Origin: Planctomycetota bacterium
GTDB taxonomy: Bacteria > Planctomycetota > UBA11346
NCBI GenBank assembly: GCA_038231435.1
Contig: JBBRLJ010000033.1
Span: 1 to 57,039 of the forward strand
DNA: 57,039 nt
Reading direction: 5' to 3'
Shown here: positions 46,401-55,449 of the stretch, piece by piece
Layout: each line of letters starts with the position of its first letter
How positions within the stretch are numbered: the stretch's first letter is position 1
Position numbers and translations under genes: made by a program
Notes under the pieces: generated by a model
Databases searched by the model: none
Told to the model about the DNA's origin: nothing
What the model saw: only the letters and a program-made list of their open reading frames with translations

Positions 46401-48970
46401 CCCTGCAGCAGGACTTCGCGAGCGGAGATCCGATCATCGGCAGCGCCCACCCGTGGGAGATCTGGGGCAAGGTCGACAAGTCGCAGATGCCGGTTTTCGG
46501 ACCCGATCGCCGTCTGAATACCACCGACGACATCCCCATCCACAACGTCCCCGTGCCCTTCCCGCCACTCGGCGGAGTGGTGATGATCACATTCAAAGGT
46601 CAAACCGAGTTCCGGTACTACACCGCCTCCTCTGGCACCACACTGACCGGAGTGCAGACCATCGAGACCTGGCCGGTGATGCCGGCCGGCAGCCCGACCT
46701 CCGCCGCGCCCAACGCGATCACCGTGCTCAGCACCGATGCGGGCGAGCCGACCATCGAACTCGTCGGCATGCCGGTCACGGGCGCCGATCCGCTCGAGGC
46801 CGGCCGCTACACCCAGAGCTACGTGGGCTCGAACGCCTTCCTGCTGCAAGTGCAGGAGACCACCGGCCGCATCGAATGGGTGAAGTACCACTTCATCCTT
46901 GGCGCCGACGCGGGGATCGCGCCCACCACCGGGTTCTTCCTGAACCTCGATGGCTTCACCTACAAGCCCGATCCCCTCACCTCGTCGCGCGGCATCGGAC
47001 GGACCGACTTCGGCGCCAAGGTCGGCAGCTATGTCGGCCCCCTGTCGATCTTCGCCGCCGGCAGCCAGGTGCTGCCGGTCCAGACCGAACTGGGTAACCA
47101 CGGCCACTGGGTCGCCACCGGCGATCTGGTCACGCTGCTGCCGAAGGTCTTGCCCGGCACCGAGAAACCCTTCCAGGCGGCCATCCGCTACGCCGCGACC
47201 GATGCCTACCCCCAGCCGACCCTGCCGGTGAACGACCCGCTGCAGATCGATTCGAAGAACGAGTACTTCGCCTTCTCGGCACCGCTCGATCCCGTGCTCA
47301 CCGGCGGCGCCTGGACCGCGCCGATCGTGGCCGCGAAGTACGACCTGCTCTGTGGCACCTGCTGGAGCGGCGGCGACCTGACCCCACGCGAGACCCCGGT
47401 CGGCGTCACCAGCGCCATCGACGAGCCACGCGGCCAGCTGCCGCGGCTCGACCTGTGGGCGGACGGCTACCTGCTCGGCGACGGCAGCTCGGCGCGTATC
47501 TTCTTCGGCAGCCAGGACAGCGAACGCCCGAGCGTCGGCGCTGGCGTGTCGACAGCGCTGACCATCGACGACATCTGCGCTGGACCGCTCGCAGGCGCTC
47601 CGGGGAACATCGACGGCCACGAGCTGAGCACCGGCTCGCCAGCGCGTACCAATGTCGTCACCAACGGCATCAAGCGCTTCTTCGATGCGTCCGGCGCCGA
47701 GAAGCTCAACGTACTGCCCGCCGACCTGGGCATGTTCGCCCAGGCGACCACCCCGCTGTTCGATTGGGCTCACGGCAAGATGGGCCTGGTCGACATCGAT
47801 GGCGAGGTCTTCGCCTATCAACAGCTCAGCGATGCCGACGCGCTGATGATCGCCGGCAAGTACAACCTGCTGCCCGAGAACGCCACCAACCCCACCGACC
47901 AGAACCAGGTGAAGAACGGCGGCCTGTTCGCCAAGCTGGTCGGGCGCGGCCTGCTGGTGGTGGACACCGGCGTCTACACCCACGTCATCCCGGACGGCCC
48001 GCTGGTGGCCAACAACCAGATCCGCCGCCCACTGCTGAGCGCGAAGCGCCTGCCTGTCGGGCCGGTGCTGCAGCTGGCCGAGGCGCTGACGGCAGGCAGC
48101 TGGTTCGCGCTCCAGGACGCCATCCCCGTCGGGCCCATCCAGCCGCGCACGCTCTTCGCTCCCGCGGCGCTGTTCTGCGACCCGACCGGCGTGGTGGCCA
48201 AGAACGAGGTCATCCAGTTGATCGGGCCGAAATTCCACCGCGACTATCCGGTGGGATCGCCAATGGCCCAGGAAGGCAAGTACACCACCGCCGCCTGGCT
48301 GCGCGGCATGTACAACACGCCTGTCGCCGGCAGCTGGAGCGGGGCCGCGGACCCCAAGCCGATCGTGATCGGCTGGTGGCCACGCCTGCCGAGTGCGCTG
48401 CCGAACGGCGCGCTCACCAAGGAGCACTTCCGCAGCCGCTCCTACGCCTGGGTGGGCTTCCCCTTCAGCCTCTATGGCGCGTATTTCGATCAGACCCGGA
48501 TCGCCATGCTGCCGGCGCCGTACAGCACCATGTCCCTGGCCGAAGCGACCGAGGATCCGAACCACCGCTTCCTCGACGGCTCTGGCAATTCCTACTTCAC
48601 CGTCCAGGCGCGCGCGCTGGCCTATGAGAATATCTGGTCGGGCCCAGGCGTGCCCGCCACCCCAACCACGCCCTGGTATCCGGCGATGGACTGGTCGCAA
48701 CAGACCGGGGTCGAGCTGTCGCTGGGCTTCCCGATCGGAAATATCTTCCTTCCCGTCGTGGATGCCGAGATGTGCTTCACCGAGCCGTCGACGCGCGACG
48801 CGCGTCCGGTGGATGGCGCCGAGATGCGCATCACCTGGCAGTACGCGAACGGCCCCTCGCCGAAGCTCGATGATCTCGCCGACGCCACCGGCCGCTGCCC
48901 GGCCATCACCTCGGCGCGACTGCGCTGCCTCGCTCCTGTTCGCGTGTTGGCGAATTCGAGGTCGCGATGA
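43421..48970 (+). CDS. Giant GspK/PilX-like minor pseudopilin with a large beta-rich C-terminal region
   Basis: 'RSG^AALILALVLL' (no Glu5, as in GspK/PilX); GspK-like motifs 'IVTDEAGKLDPN' and 'MRPYLT'; LamG-like 'LSLWFKP' and 'QWYHLQV'. Start between 43343 and 43421. Confidence 0.75.
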   Translation: MPRSGAALILALVLLAALLLLGLPFLYTQSSSLAGTRSFADSKVAQIGRDSAANMATAIAAYAETPSLRAALPGSPTAAWTSLAETYAPWAPVAGFAAPINPDTPAGYKAAVVPLDAGPNGDGSIGLLPEGFPLTPTAYNAVPLPSETKQRTYLGAIVTDEAGKLDPNDMGPVVWQKFLAALGITDWDDNEVVPAPYPYDSDTVGQLAQHLASVRFNLPDRRITDLEQLLRANPQSQHPLFRHRLTRAELERMRPYLTLHNPRQGRDGFIDLGTVVARDTIHDTFWLDSVPDPKHPLLGIGSVVASETQYATPPQAHIIGMVNGIAETGESEQVVHGKSLFVPDRVANPFAAVGSAIAIEAPAPLNIHQLAVVVRKTLNNGSAEKPVDDGGTPVDDSVVRTIGQQAGANPPSSLGHFLTVPGATPTYGNLFGLSYTLNLPVNSPAFTVANEQPPLGISSMGIFTIEAAATVTDVLGRQTAQELRRDVIQAVPQEYLLERRWITQGDLHTLIAQRYASQMQAWPTAYERRLGAAGAPIFPDDLDLGVTPPPPITADSGIRPRVLPDIAALAATAPNVEELRNTHVAVDWRVSFGGEKMALDADIFSATTTVATPDAPYKPVAPAAAAVDITPDGYDHQLSADLAYRLHGQTLPVAPASNNVGFLTERRPVDPAIDSHELTSRHLSLWFKPKNDWTGGGVIPICEARIPVATAIPQLGQVAAAAGADDSQNYLGLYYDDSKEMLILALAPPSAEHDVDYSPGGATTYPPDNVTSITSMTIDERSLSSFFIPTDAKPLCPKDPNLLGFSSLGKANRVLHCYCTPKSDTKPHFRQNQWYHLQVALASDRAEGADIILDGVVGQELAHRAVGSTAVLGDHFTLPSAILQTPLPYAVNDASMTLYVADIALTTPMGIPLTQLLPARGFVRIDDEYIRYDSIIGSNLHDCMRGQRQNTFVTGADPLKQYPNIQQHLVGALVVPGGYRLGLDTGRIYRGGCALQQDFASGDPIIGSAHPWEIWGKVDKSQMPVFGPDRRLNTTDDIPIHNVPVPFPPLGGVVMITFKGQTEFRYYTASSGTTLTGVQTIETWPVMPAGSPTSAAPNAITVLSTDAGEPTIELVGMPVTGADPLEAGRYTQSYVGSNAFLLQVQETTGRIEWVKYHFILGADAGIAPTTGFFLNLDGFTYKPDPLTSSRGIGRTDFGAKVGSYVGPLSIFAAGSQVLPVQTELGNHGHWVATGDLVTLLPKVLPGTEKPFQAAIRYAATDAYPQPTLPVNDPLQIDSKNEYFAFSAPLDPVLTGGAWTAPIVAAKYDLLCGTCWSGGDLTPRETPVGVTSAIDEPRGQLPRLDLWADGYLLGDGSSARIFFGSQDSERPSVGAGVSTALTIDDICAGPLAGAPGNIDGHELSTGSPARTNVVTNGIKRFFDASGAEKLNVLPADLGMFAQATTPLFDWAHGKMGLVDIDGEVFAYQQLSDADALMIAGKYNLLPENATNPTDQNQVKNGGLFAKLVGRGLLVVDTGVYTHVIPDGPLVANNQIRRPLLSAKRLPVGPVLQLAEALTAGSWFALQDAIPVGPIQPRTLFAPAALFCDPTGVVAKNEVIQLIGPKFHRDYPVGSPMAQEGKYTTAAWLRGMYNTPVAGSWSGAADPKPIVIGWWPRLPSALPNGALTKEHFRSRSYAWVGFPFSLYGAYFDQTRIAMLPAPYSTMSLAEATEDPNHRFLDGSGNSYFTVQARALAYENIWSGPGVPATPTTPWYPAMDWSQQTGVELSLGFPIGNIFLPVVDAEMCFTEPSTRDARPVDGAEMRITWQYANGPSPKLDDLADATGRCPAITSARLRCLAPVRVLANSRSR

Positions 48971-50088
48971 CCCGCCTGCTGACCCATCCGGTGCGCGCCT
49001 CGTCGCGCGCGGGCTTCACCCTGGCCGAGATCCTGGTCTCGATCCTGATCTTCACCATCGTCTCGCTGGCGATGGTCACCATCCTGCTGACCTCGACCAA
49101 TGTCTTCCGTGCCGGGGAATACGGGCGCGCGTCCACCGACGAGGCGATCTCGGCCCTGGGCATCATCGACGACGATCTCAAGCGCATGGTGCCCGAGAAA
49201 GCGGGCGGTTTCTTCTGCTGCCGCTTGTTCTCCGGCACGGTGCCGCCGGCTGCGACTCCTCCCAATGGCAATTGCGCGGTTGCCTTCCTGATCACCGATC
49301 CGGATCCGGACGCGATCACCATCTCAGGGGAAAAAGCCCGCAAGCTGGCGGTCTACTGGGTGACCACCGTCGTCATCAACGGGGTCGACGGCTCGCCGCA
49401 CCGCGAGGAGCAGCTCTACCGCGCGCTCTCGCCGATCGCCAGCGAGGACGACGAACCGGGTCCCGGAGATCCGCCGCTCCCGCCGACCGTCCTGAATGTC
49501 GACGTGGTCAACCGCTACCTCGCCCTCCAGGATCCGTCCGGCGTCAGCGCCACCGCCCCCGTACCCCTCCCGAACTGCCTGCTGCGCGCGAAGCCGGTGA
49601 TCATCGCGCGCAACTGCCTGCATTTCAGCGTGTGGGTCTCCAACGCCAACAGCCGCCGCCAGCCGATGAACCCCACCGGGACCACCGACAATTGGCTGAA
49701 GGACACGGCAAACATCGAGATCGCGCCGACTCTCGCGGGAGCCGACTACTGCACCGAGACGGTGCCGGGCTTCGTGCCCGATCCCTTCCCGATGGCCGTG
49801 CGCTTCTCGGTCACGCTCGCCTCGGGCCGCTATGGCCCGAGCGGCTACGTGATCGAGGACCAGAATCCCAACATCAGGATCGCCGGCGTGCAGGGCGTGC
49901 CCACGGTGCCCGGCGCCATGGTGCGCATCGATGACGAATGGGTGCAGTACCGCGACTACGTCGGCGGCGTGCTCCAGGTCGACCCTGCCATGCGCGGCGC
50001 CCGCCGCAGCACCATGACGACGCACCTCCGCAACGCTCCGGTGCGGCTCGGCCAATCGTACACCCTGGTGCGCACCTTCGCGCATTGA
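48967..50088 (+). CDS. Prepilin-like protein (GspJ/PilW-like)
   Basis: 'AG^FTLAEILVSILIF', 'IIDDDLKRM'; ATGA overlap with the upstream gene. Confidence 0.85.
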   Translation: MTRLLTHPVRASSRAGFTLAEILVSILIFTIVSLAMVTILLTSTNVFRAGEYGRASTDEAISALGIIDDDLKRMVPEKAGGFFCCRLFSGTVPPAATPPNGNCAVAFLITDPDPDAITISGEKARKLAVYWVTTVVINGVDGSPHREEQLYRALSPIASEDDEPGPGDPPLPPTVLNVDVVNRYLALQDPSGVSATAPVPLPNCLLRAKPVIIARNCLHFSVWVSNANSRRQPMNPTGTTDNWLKDTANIEIAPTLAGADYCTETVPGFVPDPFPMAVRFSVTLASGRYGPSGYVIEDQNPNIRIAGVQGVPTVPGAMVRIDDEWVQYRDYVGGVLQVDPAMRGARRSTMTTHLRNAPVRLGQSYTLVRTFAH

Positions 50089-50223
50089 CCGTCAGCGCGC
50101 TTGCGCTGCGCGCAGCCTGCTGACCTGCCGCACCCTTCGCCAGGATTGCTGGCATGGCGATGCCGCAGTGCAGCGACCACCGCCGACGCGGCCCTCGAGC
50201 CATCGTCCCCTTCCGCTTCGCCC

Positions 50224-51045
50224 TCATCTCTGCCACGGGGTTATCGGATCGACGGCTTCGTCGCCCTTCACCTCCTCGGCGGCCATGGTCCTGCCGTCGT
50301 GGTCGAGGGCGACGACGGTGAATGCGTAGGGATGGTGATCGCGAACCAGGGCGCCATGTTCCCAGAACGGGATGCGCACGTGCTCAATGGTCGAGACCAC
50401 GGCGCCGCGGCCATCTCGTTCGATGCCCGCCTGGTTGTTCACCGAGTAGGTCATCTGCTCGCGGGTGAACACGGCGATCGGGGTGACGCCGTTGCCGCTG
50501 AACACCTGGACGGACTCCAGCTGCGCCAAGGGGCCGTGGGTCGCATCGGCGGGCGCATCCGTGGCGTGGGTATCGAACGTGCAATGCAGGTAGATGACGA
50601 GCTTCCCGAAATCCTTTGGTCCGGCATATACCGTTGTGGGCGTGTCGGCGGCTGTGGCCCCAGGCTGCTGCACGGTGGGCTGGTCGAAGGCGAGGCTCGC
50701 GCGGACATTGGCGCCATGTGACGCCCAGGGCTCCTGGATCCGGAACGAGACCGGCTTGGCCTGGGCAACGCCGGAATCGGGAGCCGCAGCAGTGGCCGGG
50801 TCGGTGCTTTCGTCGGCGCGTTTATCGGCGTGCGGATCGGCGTGCGGATCGGCGGTAGACGAGGCAGCTGCCGCGTCTCCGGAGGCTCGGGGCGCAGTGA
50901 CCGGGGCCGCATCGGACGTGTGAGGGCGATCGGTAGGCCTCGACTCGCCTGGATCCTCGTCGCGGACGCACCCGGAGCTGGCGAATGCGGCGCAGAAGAC
51001 CGCAGCGATGGCGAGGAGGGAAGGTGAAACAGGGGAGCGGAGCAT
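50224..51045 (-). CDS. Hypothetical lipoprotein
   Basis: Signal peptide ending 'FASSG-C', low-complexity linker, globular C-terminal domain; start uncertain. Confidence 0.55.
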   Translation of the reverse strand: MLRSPVSPSLLAIAAVFCAAFASSGCVRDEDPGESRPTDRPHTSDAAPVTAPRASGDAAAASSTADPHADPHADKRADESTDPATAAAPDSGVAQAKPVSFRIQEPWASHGANVRASLAFDQPTVQQPGATAADTPTTVYAGPKDFGKLVIYLHCTFDTHATDAPADATHGPLAQLESVQVFSGNGVTPIAVFTREQMTYSVNNQAGIERDGRGAVVSTIEHVRIPFWEHGALVRDHHPYAFTVVALDHDGRTMAAEEVKGDEAVDPITPWQR

Positions 51046-51362
51046 GTGAACGTCCATGGGTGGCGAGGAATGCGAGATACTCCACGCTATCTGGATGCGA
51101 GACATCCGTTCGCCTCTCCCGTCAGACCTGACACGAGCCTTCTCGCCAACCAGTCGGGCCAGGACGGCCTCTGACATGGAAATCCGACACCGGATCGTCA
51201 CGGGATACCCTTGGTTGCAGATGCGGCAGTCGGCTCATCGCCCTGGACTTTCCGCTTCGCGCACTCGCTACGCGGCTCTGTCGTCACAGAGCATGAGTTG
51301 GCGCTGTCCAATGGTGGCGATTCGGCAGGAACGATTCGTGAGGCCAGTGCATACGGTCCCGT

Positions 51363-51983
51363 GTGATCGCCAGCGACAGCCTTGATGAAGTCCTCGCACC
51401 GGTGAACGACCTGGTCCTGCTGGTGGACGACAATCCCGGCGACCTCGCCCTGATGGCCGAGGCGATGAAGGATATCGCCGGCCGGATCTCACTTCAGTCG
51501 GCTTGCGGCGGAGCGGAGGCGATACGCTACCTCCAGCACGTCGGGGCTGGCGAAGCGGCCGCCCCTGCCCTGATCATCCTCGACATCAATATGCCCGGGA
51601 CTGACGGATTCGCCGTCCTCATGCACGTGCGCAGCACCCACCAGTTGCTGATGATCCCGGTCTTCATGCTCAGCTCGTCGGAGCTCGCTGGCGACGTGAG
51701 CAAGTCCGAACGACTTGGCGCCGACGGCTACCTGCAGAAGCCGGACCACTACGACGACTTTCTGCGCATGGCCCACAAATTGTCGGCTTGGATGAATCGC
51801 GGACCTCGCAAGCCGCCAAGCGATCGGCTTGACTGTCCGCTCGCGCGGCGTCGCGCCTCGCTACGCTTGACGTGCGCCTTCTCGCAGTCGCTGAGAACCC
51901 GGTCGTCGCGCCGCATCGTGGATGCCGCGTACACCCCCGACCCCGAGGAGCCCGAATTCCGTCGCATCGCCGATCTGCTCTGA
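51363..51983 (+). CDS. Receiver-domain response regulator (Rcp1-like) with C-terminal tail
   Basis: 'LLVDDNPGD', 'LIILDINMPGTDG', 'IPVFMLSSS', 'GYLQKP'; true start may be GTG 51402. Confidence 0.85.
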   Translation: MIASDSLDEVLAPVNDLVLLVDDNPGDLALMAEAMKDIAGRISLQSACGGAEAIRYLQHVGAGEAAAPALIILDINMPGTDGFAVLMHVRSTHQLLMIPVFMLSSSELAGDVSKSERLGADGYLQKPDHYDDFLRMAHKLSAWMNRGPRKPPSDRLDCPLARRRASLRLTCAFSQSLRTRSSRRIVDAAYTPDPEEPEFRRIADLL

Positions 51984-52057
51984 TCGCGCCTGGACCTTGT
52001 CTCCATGAAGGGAGCTCCGTGAAGGGCTCCTGGCGCGTACAGATCAGTTCGACGTGC

Positions 52058-53350
52058 TCATCCAGGCACGGTGGCTTGATGCTCACGTTGGATTCCGGGC
52101 GCTCCCGGTTCATCGCGCACGCTGAACGCCACCGCGAGCCCGAGGAACAGCGCGTACGCCGGCGTCGAATGCCCCGCGAGGTTCTCGAACATGCCCGCCG
52201 CGATCGCCGAGGCGATGAGGGCGCTCGCCAGGCGGGCGCGCTCGCGGCCCTGCCCGCGGCGGCGGAACGCCCACCACGCCAGGCTCCAGAGCAGTGCCAG
52301 ATAGAGCGCGAGCGCTGGCAGGCCGTGCTCGGCGGCGATCGACAGGAAACTGTTATGTGCGTGCGGCGAGGCGCCGTCGTCGAAGCCGTTGGGCAGGTCG
52401 GGAACGACGCGAGGGTAGTATTCGCGATACAGATCCTTGTAGGCTTCTGGGCCGCCGGATCCGACCAGGGGGTGCGCCTCGATGATCGCAGCCGAGGTGC
52501 GCCAGATCGACCAGCGTTGATCATCGCCGCGCAGCATGGCGTGGAACTTCGCGGGCTGGATCGACCACATCGCCAGCAGCAGCGCGCCGCCGACGAGCAG
52601 CCCGACGACGCTCGCCCGCAGCAGCGAGCGTCGGCCGCGCATCGCCAACCAGGTGAAGATGCCTACCACCGCGCCGATGTACGCGAGCCGGGCCCGGCTG
52701 AGTACCAGGGCCACGCCGCTCGCGAGTGTCGCGGCCACGCGCGCCCAGCGCGGCATCAGTCGTGGCAGCGGTAGCGGTGCTTGCAGGCACAGCAGGGCGA
52801 CGCACATCAGGAAGCCCTGGGTGAGCCGCAGCCCTTGGAATCCCTGGCCATCGGCGAAACGCGGCTTGGTGGGATCGATGCGCAGCGGCGCCTTGGTGAT
52901 GTCGAAGCCGATGACGAACTGCAGGCAGGCGAGCAGGCACGACGCCGTGATGATGACGATGAATCCCACCACGGCGTAGCCCAGGACGCGCCGGTCGGCG
53001 AAGGCCACCATGCCCAGGTAGAGCGCCATCCAGGTGTACATCAGGCCATAGCCATGGATCGGGTCGGGATGTGCATTGCTGAGGACGGTGGTGAGAACAC
53101 TCACCGCGATCCAGGTGCTGAAAGCCAGTCCCCACGCGAAGCCCGGCAGGCGCAGGAGCGGCGGCCGGCACATGAGCGCGCCGACGGCGGCGACCCCGAG
53201 GCAGATGTTGCAGGCCGCGATCGGCAGCGGCACCGTCGCCAGCGCCGCGGCCGACCCCACCTGCAGTAGCAACAGGCCGATGCGACGGGGCGATGACCAG
53301 GGCAGCGCCGAAATGCGATCAGAGAAGTCCGCCGCGGGCTCGGCGGGCAT
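52058..53350 (-). CDS. O-antigen ligase (Wzy_C) family membrane protein
   Basis: Multiple TM helices, 'SRARLA', 'RWSIW...HPLVGSG', 'HAHNSFL...EHGLP'. Confidence 0.85.
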   Translation of the reverse strand: MPAEPAADFSDRISALPWSSPRRIGLLLLQVGSAAALATVPLPIAACNICLGVAAVGALMCRPPLLRLPGFAWGLAFSTWIAVSVLTTVLSNAHPDPIHGYGLMYTWMALYLGMVAFADRRVLGYAVVGFIVIITASCLLACLQFVIGFDITKAPLRIDPTKPRFADGQGFQGLRLTQGFLMCVALLCLQAPLPLPRLMPRWARVAATLASGVALVLSRARLAYIGAVVGIFTWLAMRGRRSLLRASVVGLLVGGALLLAMWSIQPAKFHAMLRGDDQRWSIWRTSAAIIEAHPLVGSGGPEAYKDLYREYYPRVVPDLPNGFDDGASPHAHNSFLSIAAEHGLPALALYLALLWSLAWWAFRRRGQGRERARLASALIASAIAAGMFENLAGHSTPAYALFLGLAVAFSVRDEPGAPGIQREHQATVPG

Positions 53351-53522
53351 CACGCCGGCACCGCCGAGCGGCACCGTCCGTCGCACCATCGCTTCACCGG
53401 GCGGCTCCATGGCGCGGCAGGATACGGCAGGGCCGTCCTGCCGCCACTGCCACGCATGGTCCATGCATGGTCGAGCCAGGCGTGCTTGACCAGCATGGCG
53501 CGCGAGGCGAGGGTGCAGGCGC

Positions 53523-54578
53523 ATGGATATCACCGGATACCTGCAGCTCGATCACTCCAGCCCCGCGGATCTGGTGGTGGTGGGCGCCGTGATCGTGATC
53601 AGTTGCCTGCTGTCGTGCGACAACGCAGTGGTGATGGCGCTGCTGGTGCGCGAGCTCCCCCGCGAGCTGCAAACGAAGGCGCTGGGCTACGGGATCATCG
53701 GTGCCTACGCCTTCCGCATCGCCGCGCTGGTGCTGGCCACCTGGATCATGGGCATCTGGTACCTGAAGGTCGCTGGCGGCGCGTACCTCCTGTATCTGGC
53801 TATCGCGCACTTCCTGCGCCCGCAGACCGACCAGACACGGCCGGTCAGGAAACTGTTCGGACTGAACGCCTTCTGGAGCACGGTGGTGGCCGTCGAGATC
53901 GCCGACGTGGCATTCTCGGTGGACTCGATCGCCGCGTCGATCGCACTGTCCGACAAGCTGTGGATCCTGATCCTGGGCAGCACCATCGGCATCGTGGTCA
54001 TGCGCTATGCGGCCCAGGGAGTGGTCCGGCTGCTCGAACGCTTCCCGCGCCTCGAGGCCGCGGCCTTCGTGGCGATCGGGGTGATCGGGTTGCAGTTGCT
54101 CCTGGAGCTGCCGATCGACGTGCTGCGCCCATCCCGCCCCCTTCCGGTCGGGACGATCTACGCTACCGCCGGCGAATACCGCGCCGCCGTCGAAGCCTTC
54201 ATCCACCGCCCCCTGGCGATCGGAAGCGTGTTGGTGGTCAACATCGTCGCCCCCGAGCAGCCGTCGCTGGCGATCATGCGCGACGAGTGGCTGCGCCGCG
54301 AGAGCGCGCGCGGCATCGACAGTGGCAGTGGCAGTGGCAGCGACGCCCAACCAGGCGCGGGCGATCCGCCCGCCGAGATCCAGCTGCGCGCCGAGCACCA
54401 GGCGCGGCGTGCCTACAACGAGGCGCTCTCGGACTGGAACTTGCACTATCGGCCGTTCCTCGACTTCGAGAGTTGGTTCTCGAGCCTGCTGGTCATGACG
54501 GTGTTCGCCGTCGGCTTCATCAGACCAGCTCGGCGGATCCGGACGGGGGCCAACGATGAGACCGGCTCCGCGCCGTGA
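53523..54578 (+). CDS. TerC family membrane protein
   Basis: 'LLSCDNAVV', 'GAYAFR', 'GGAYLLYL', 'DVAFSVDSI.A', 'GIVVMR'. Confidence 0.92.
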   Translation: MDITGYLQLDHSSPADLVVVGAVIVISCLLSCDNAVVMALLVRELPRELQTKALGYGIIGAYAFRIAALVLATWIMGIWYLKVAGGAYLLYLAIAHFLRPQTDQTRPVRKLFGLNAFWSTVVAVEIADVAFSVDSIAASIALSDKLWILILGSTIGIVVMRYAAQGVVRLLERFPRLEAAAFVAIGVIGLQLLLELPIDVLRPSRPLPVGTIYATAGEYRAAVEAFIHRPLAIGSVLVVNIVAPEQPSLAIMRDEWLRRESARGIDSGSGSGSDAQPGAGDPPAEIQLRAEHQARRAYNEALSDWNLHYRPFLDFESWFSSLLVMTVFAVGFIRPARRIRTGANDETGSAP

Positions 54579-54687
54579 GGCGCGCGGCCGGTCTTCTCTG
54601 ATGAATCACTCGATGAATCGATCGATGTCCGACGCAGACAATCGATGATGCCCTGGCCGCAGCCGGCGGCCAGGGCATCACCCGCGG

Positions 54688-55278
54688 CTACTTGGCCTTG
54701 GCGAGGTTCTGGTTCGCGAAGTCCCAATTGGCCAGGTTGCCGAGGAAGACCTCGATCCACTTCGGGCGCAGATTGCGGTAGTCGATGTAGTAGGCGTGCT
54801 CCCACACGTCGATGGTCAGGAGCGCGGTCTGATTGTGCTTCATCGGCAGGTCGGCATTCGCGGTCTTGGTGACCTTGAGCTTGCCGCCCTCGGATACCAG
54901 CCAGGCCCAGCCCGAACCGAACTGGGTGGTGGCGGCTGCGGTGAACTCCTCCTTGAACTTCGCGAACGAGCCGAAGTCGCTGGTGATCCTCGCCGCGATG
55001 TCGCCGGTCGGCTCGCCGCCGCCCTTAGGCTTCATCGAGTTCCAGAAGAAGGTGTGGTTCCAGATCTGCGCGGCGTTGTTGAACACCGGGCCTTCGGACG
55101 TCTTGATCAGGTCCTCGAGGCTCTTCGAGCCATCGGCCTTCTTCTCGTCGATCAGCTTGTTGAGGTTGACGACGTAGGCGTTGTGGTGCTTGCCGTGATG
55201 GAACTCGAGGGTCTCCGCGGTCAGGTGCGGGGCGAGCGCGCCCTTGTCGTACGGGAGCGGGGGAAGGGTGAAGGCCAT
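54688..55278 (-). CDS. sodB: Superoxide dismutase [Fe]
   Basis: 'HHGKHHNAYV', 'NNAAQIWNH' (Fe-type), 'FGSGWAWL', 'DVWEHAYY'. Confidence 0.95.
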   Translation of the reverse strand: MAFTLPPLPYDKGALAPHLTAETLEFHHGKHHNAYVVNLNKLIDEKKADGSKSLEDLIKTSEGPVFNNAAQIWNHTFFWNSMKPKGGGEPTGDIAARITSDFGSFAKFKEEFTAAATTQFGSGWAWLVSEGGKLKVTKTANADLPMKHNQTALLTIDVWEHAYYIDYRNLRPKWIEVFLGNLANWDFANQNLAKAK

Positions 55279-55449
55279 GGTCGTTCTCCTGAGGTTGCCG
55301 CCGTCGGCGGTGGAGCGCAGGCTAGGCGCGCGGAGACCGCTCCACAAGCCCAGCATGCGGGAATCGCGACGTCTTTTGCTGGTATATGGGAATTCTTCCA
55401 GAGATTCGGAATGACATCGGCACCGCCGGCGTCATTCCGGAGGAACACC

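Noticed and set aside
43799..48700. Long antisense ORFs (689 and 937 aa), and similar shadows over polA, rho and the GH genes
   Set aside because: Expected from high GC3 codon bias opposite real genes; no recognisable motifs.
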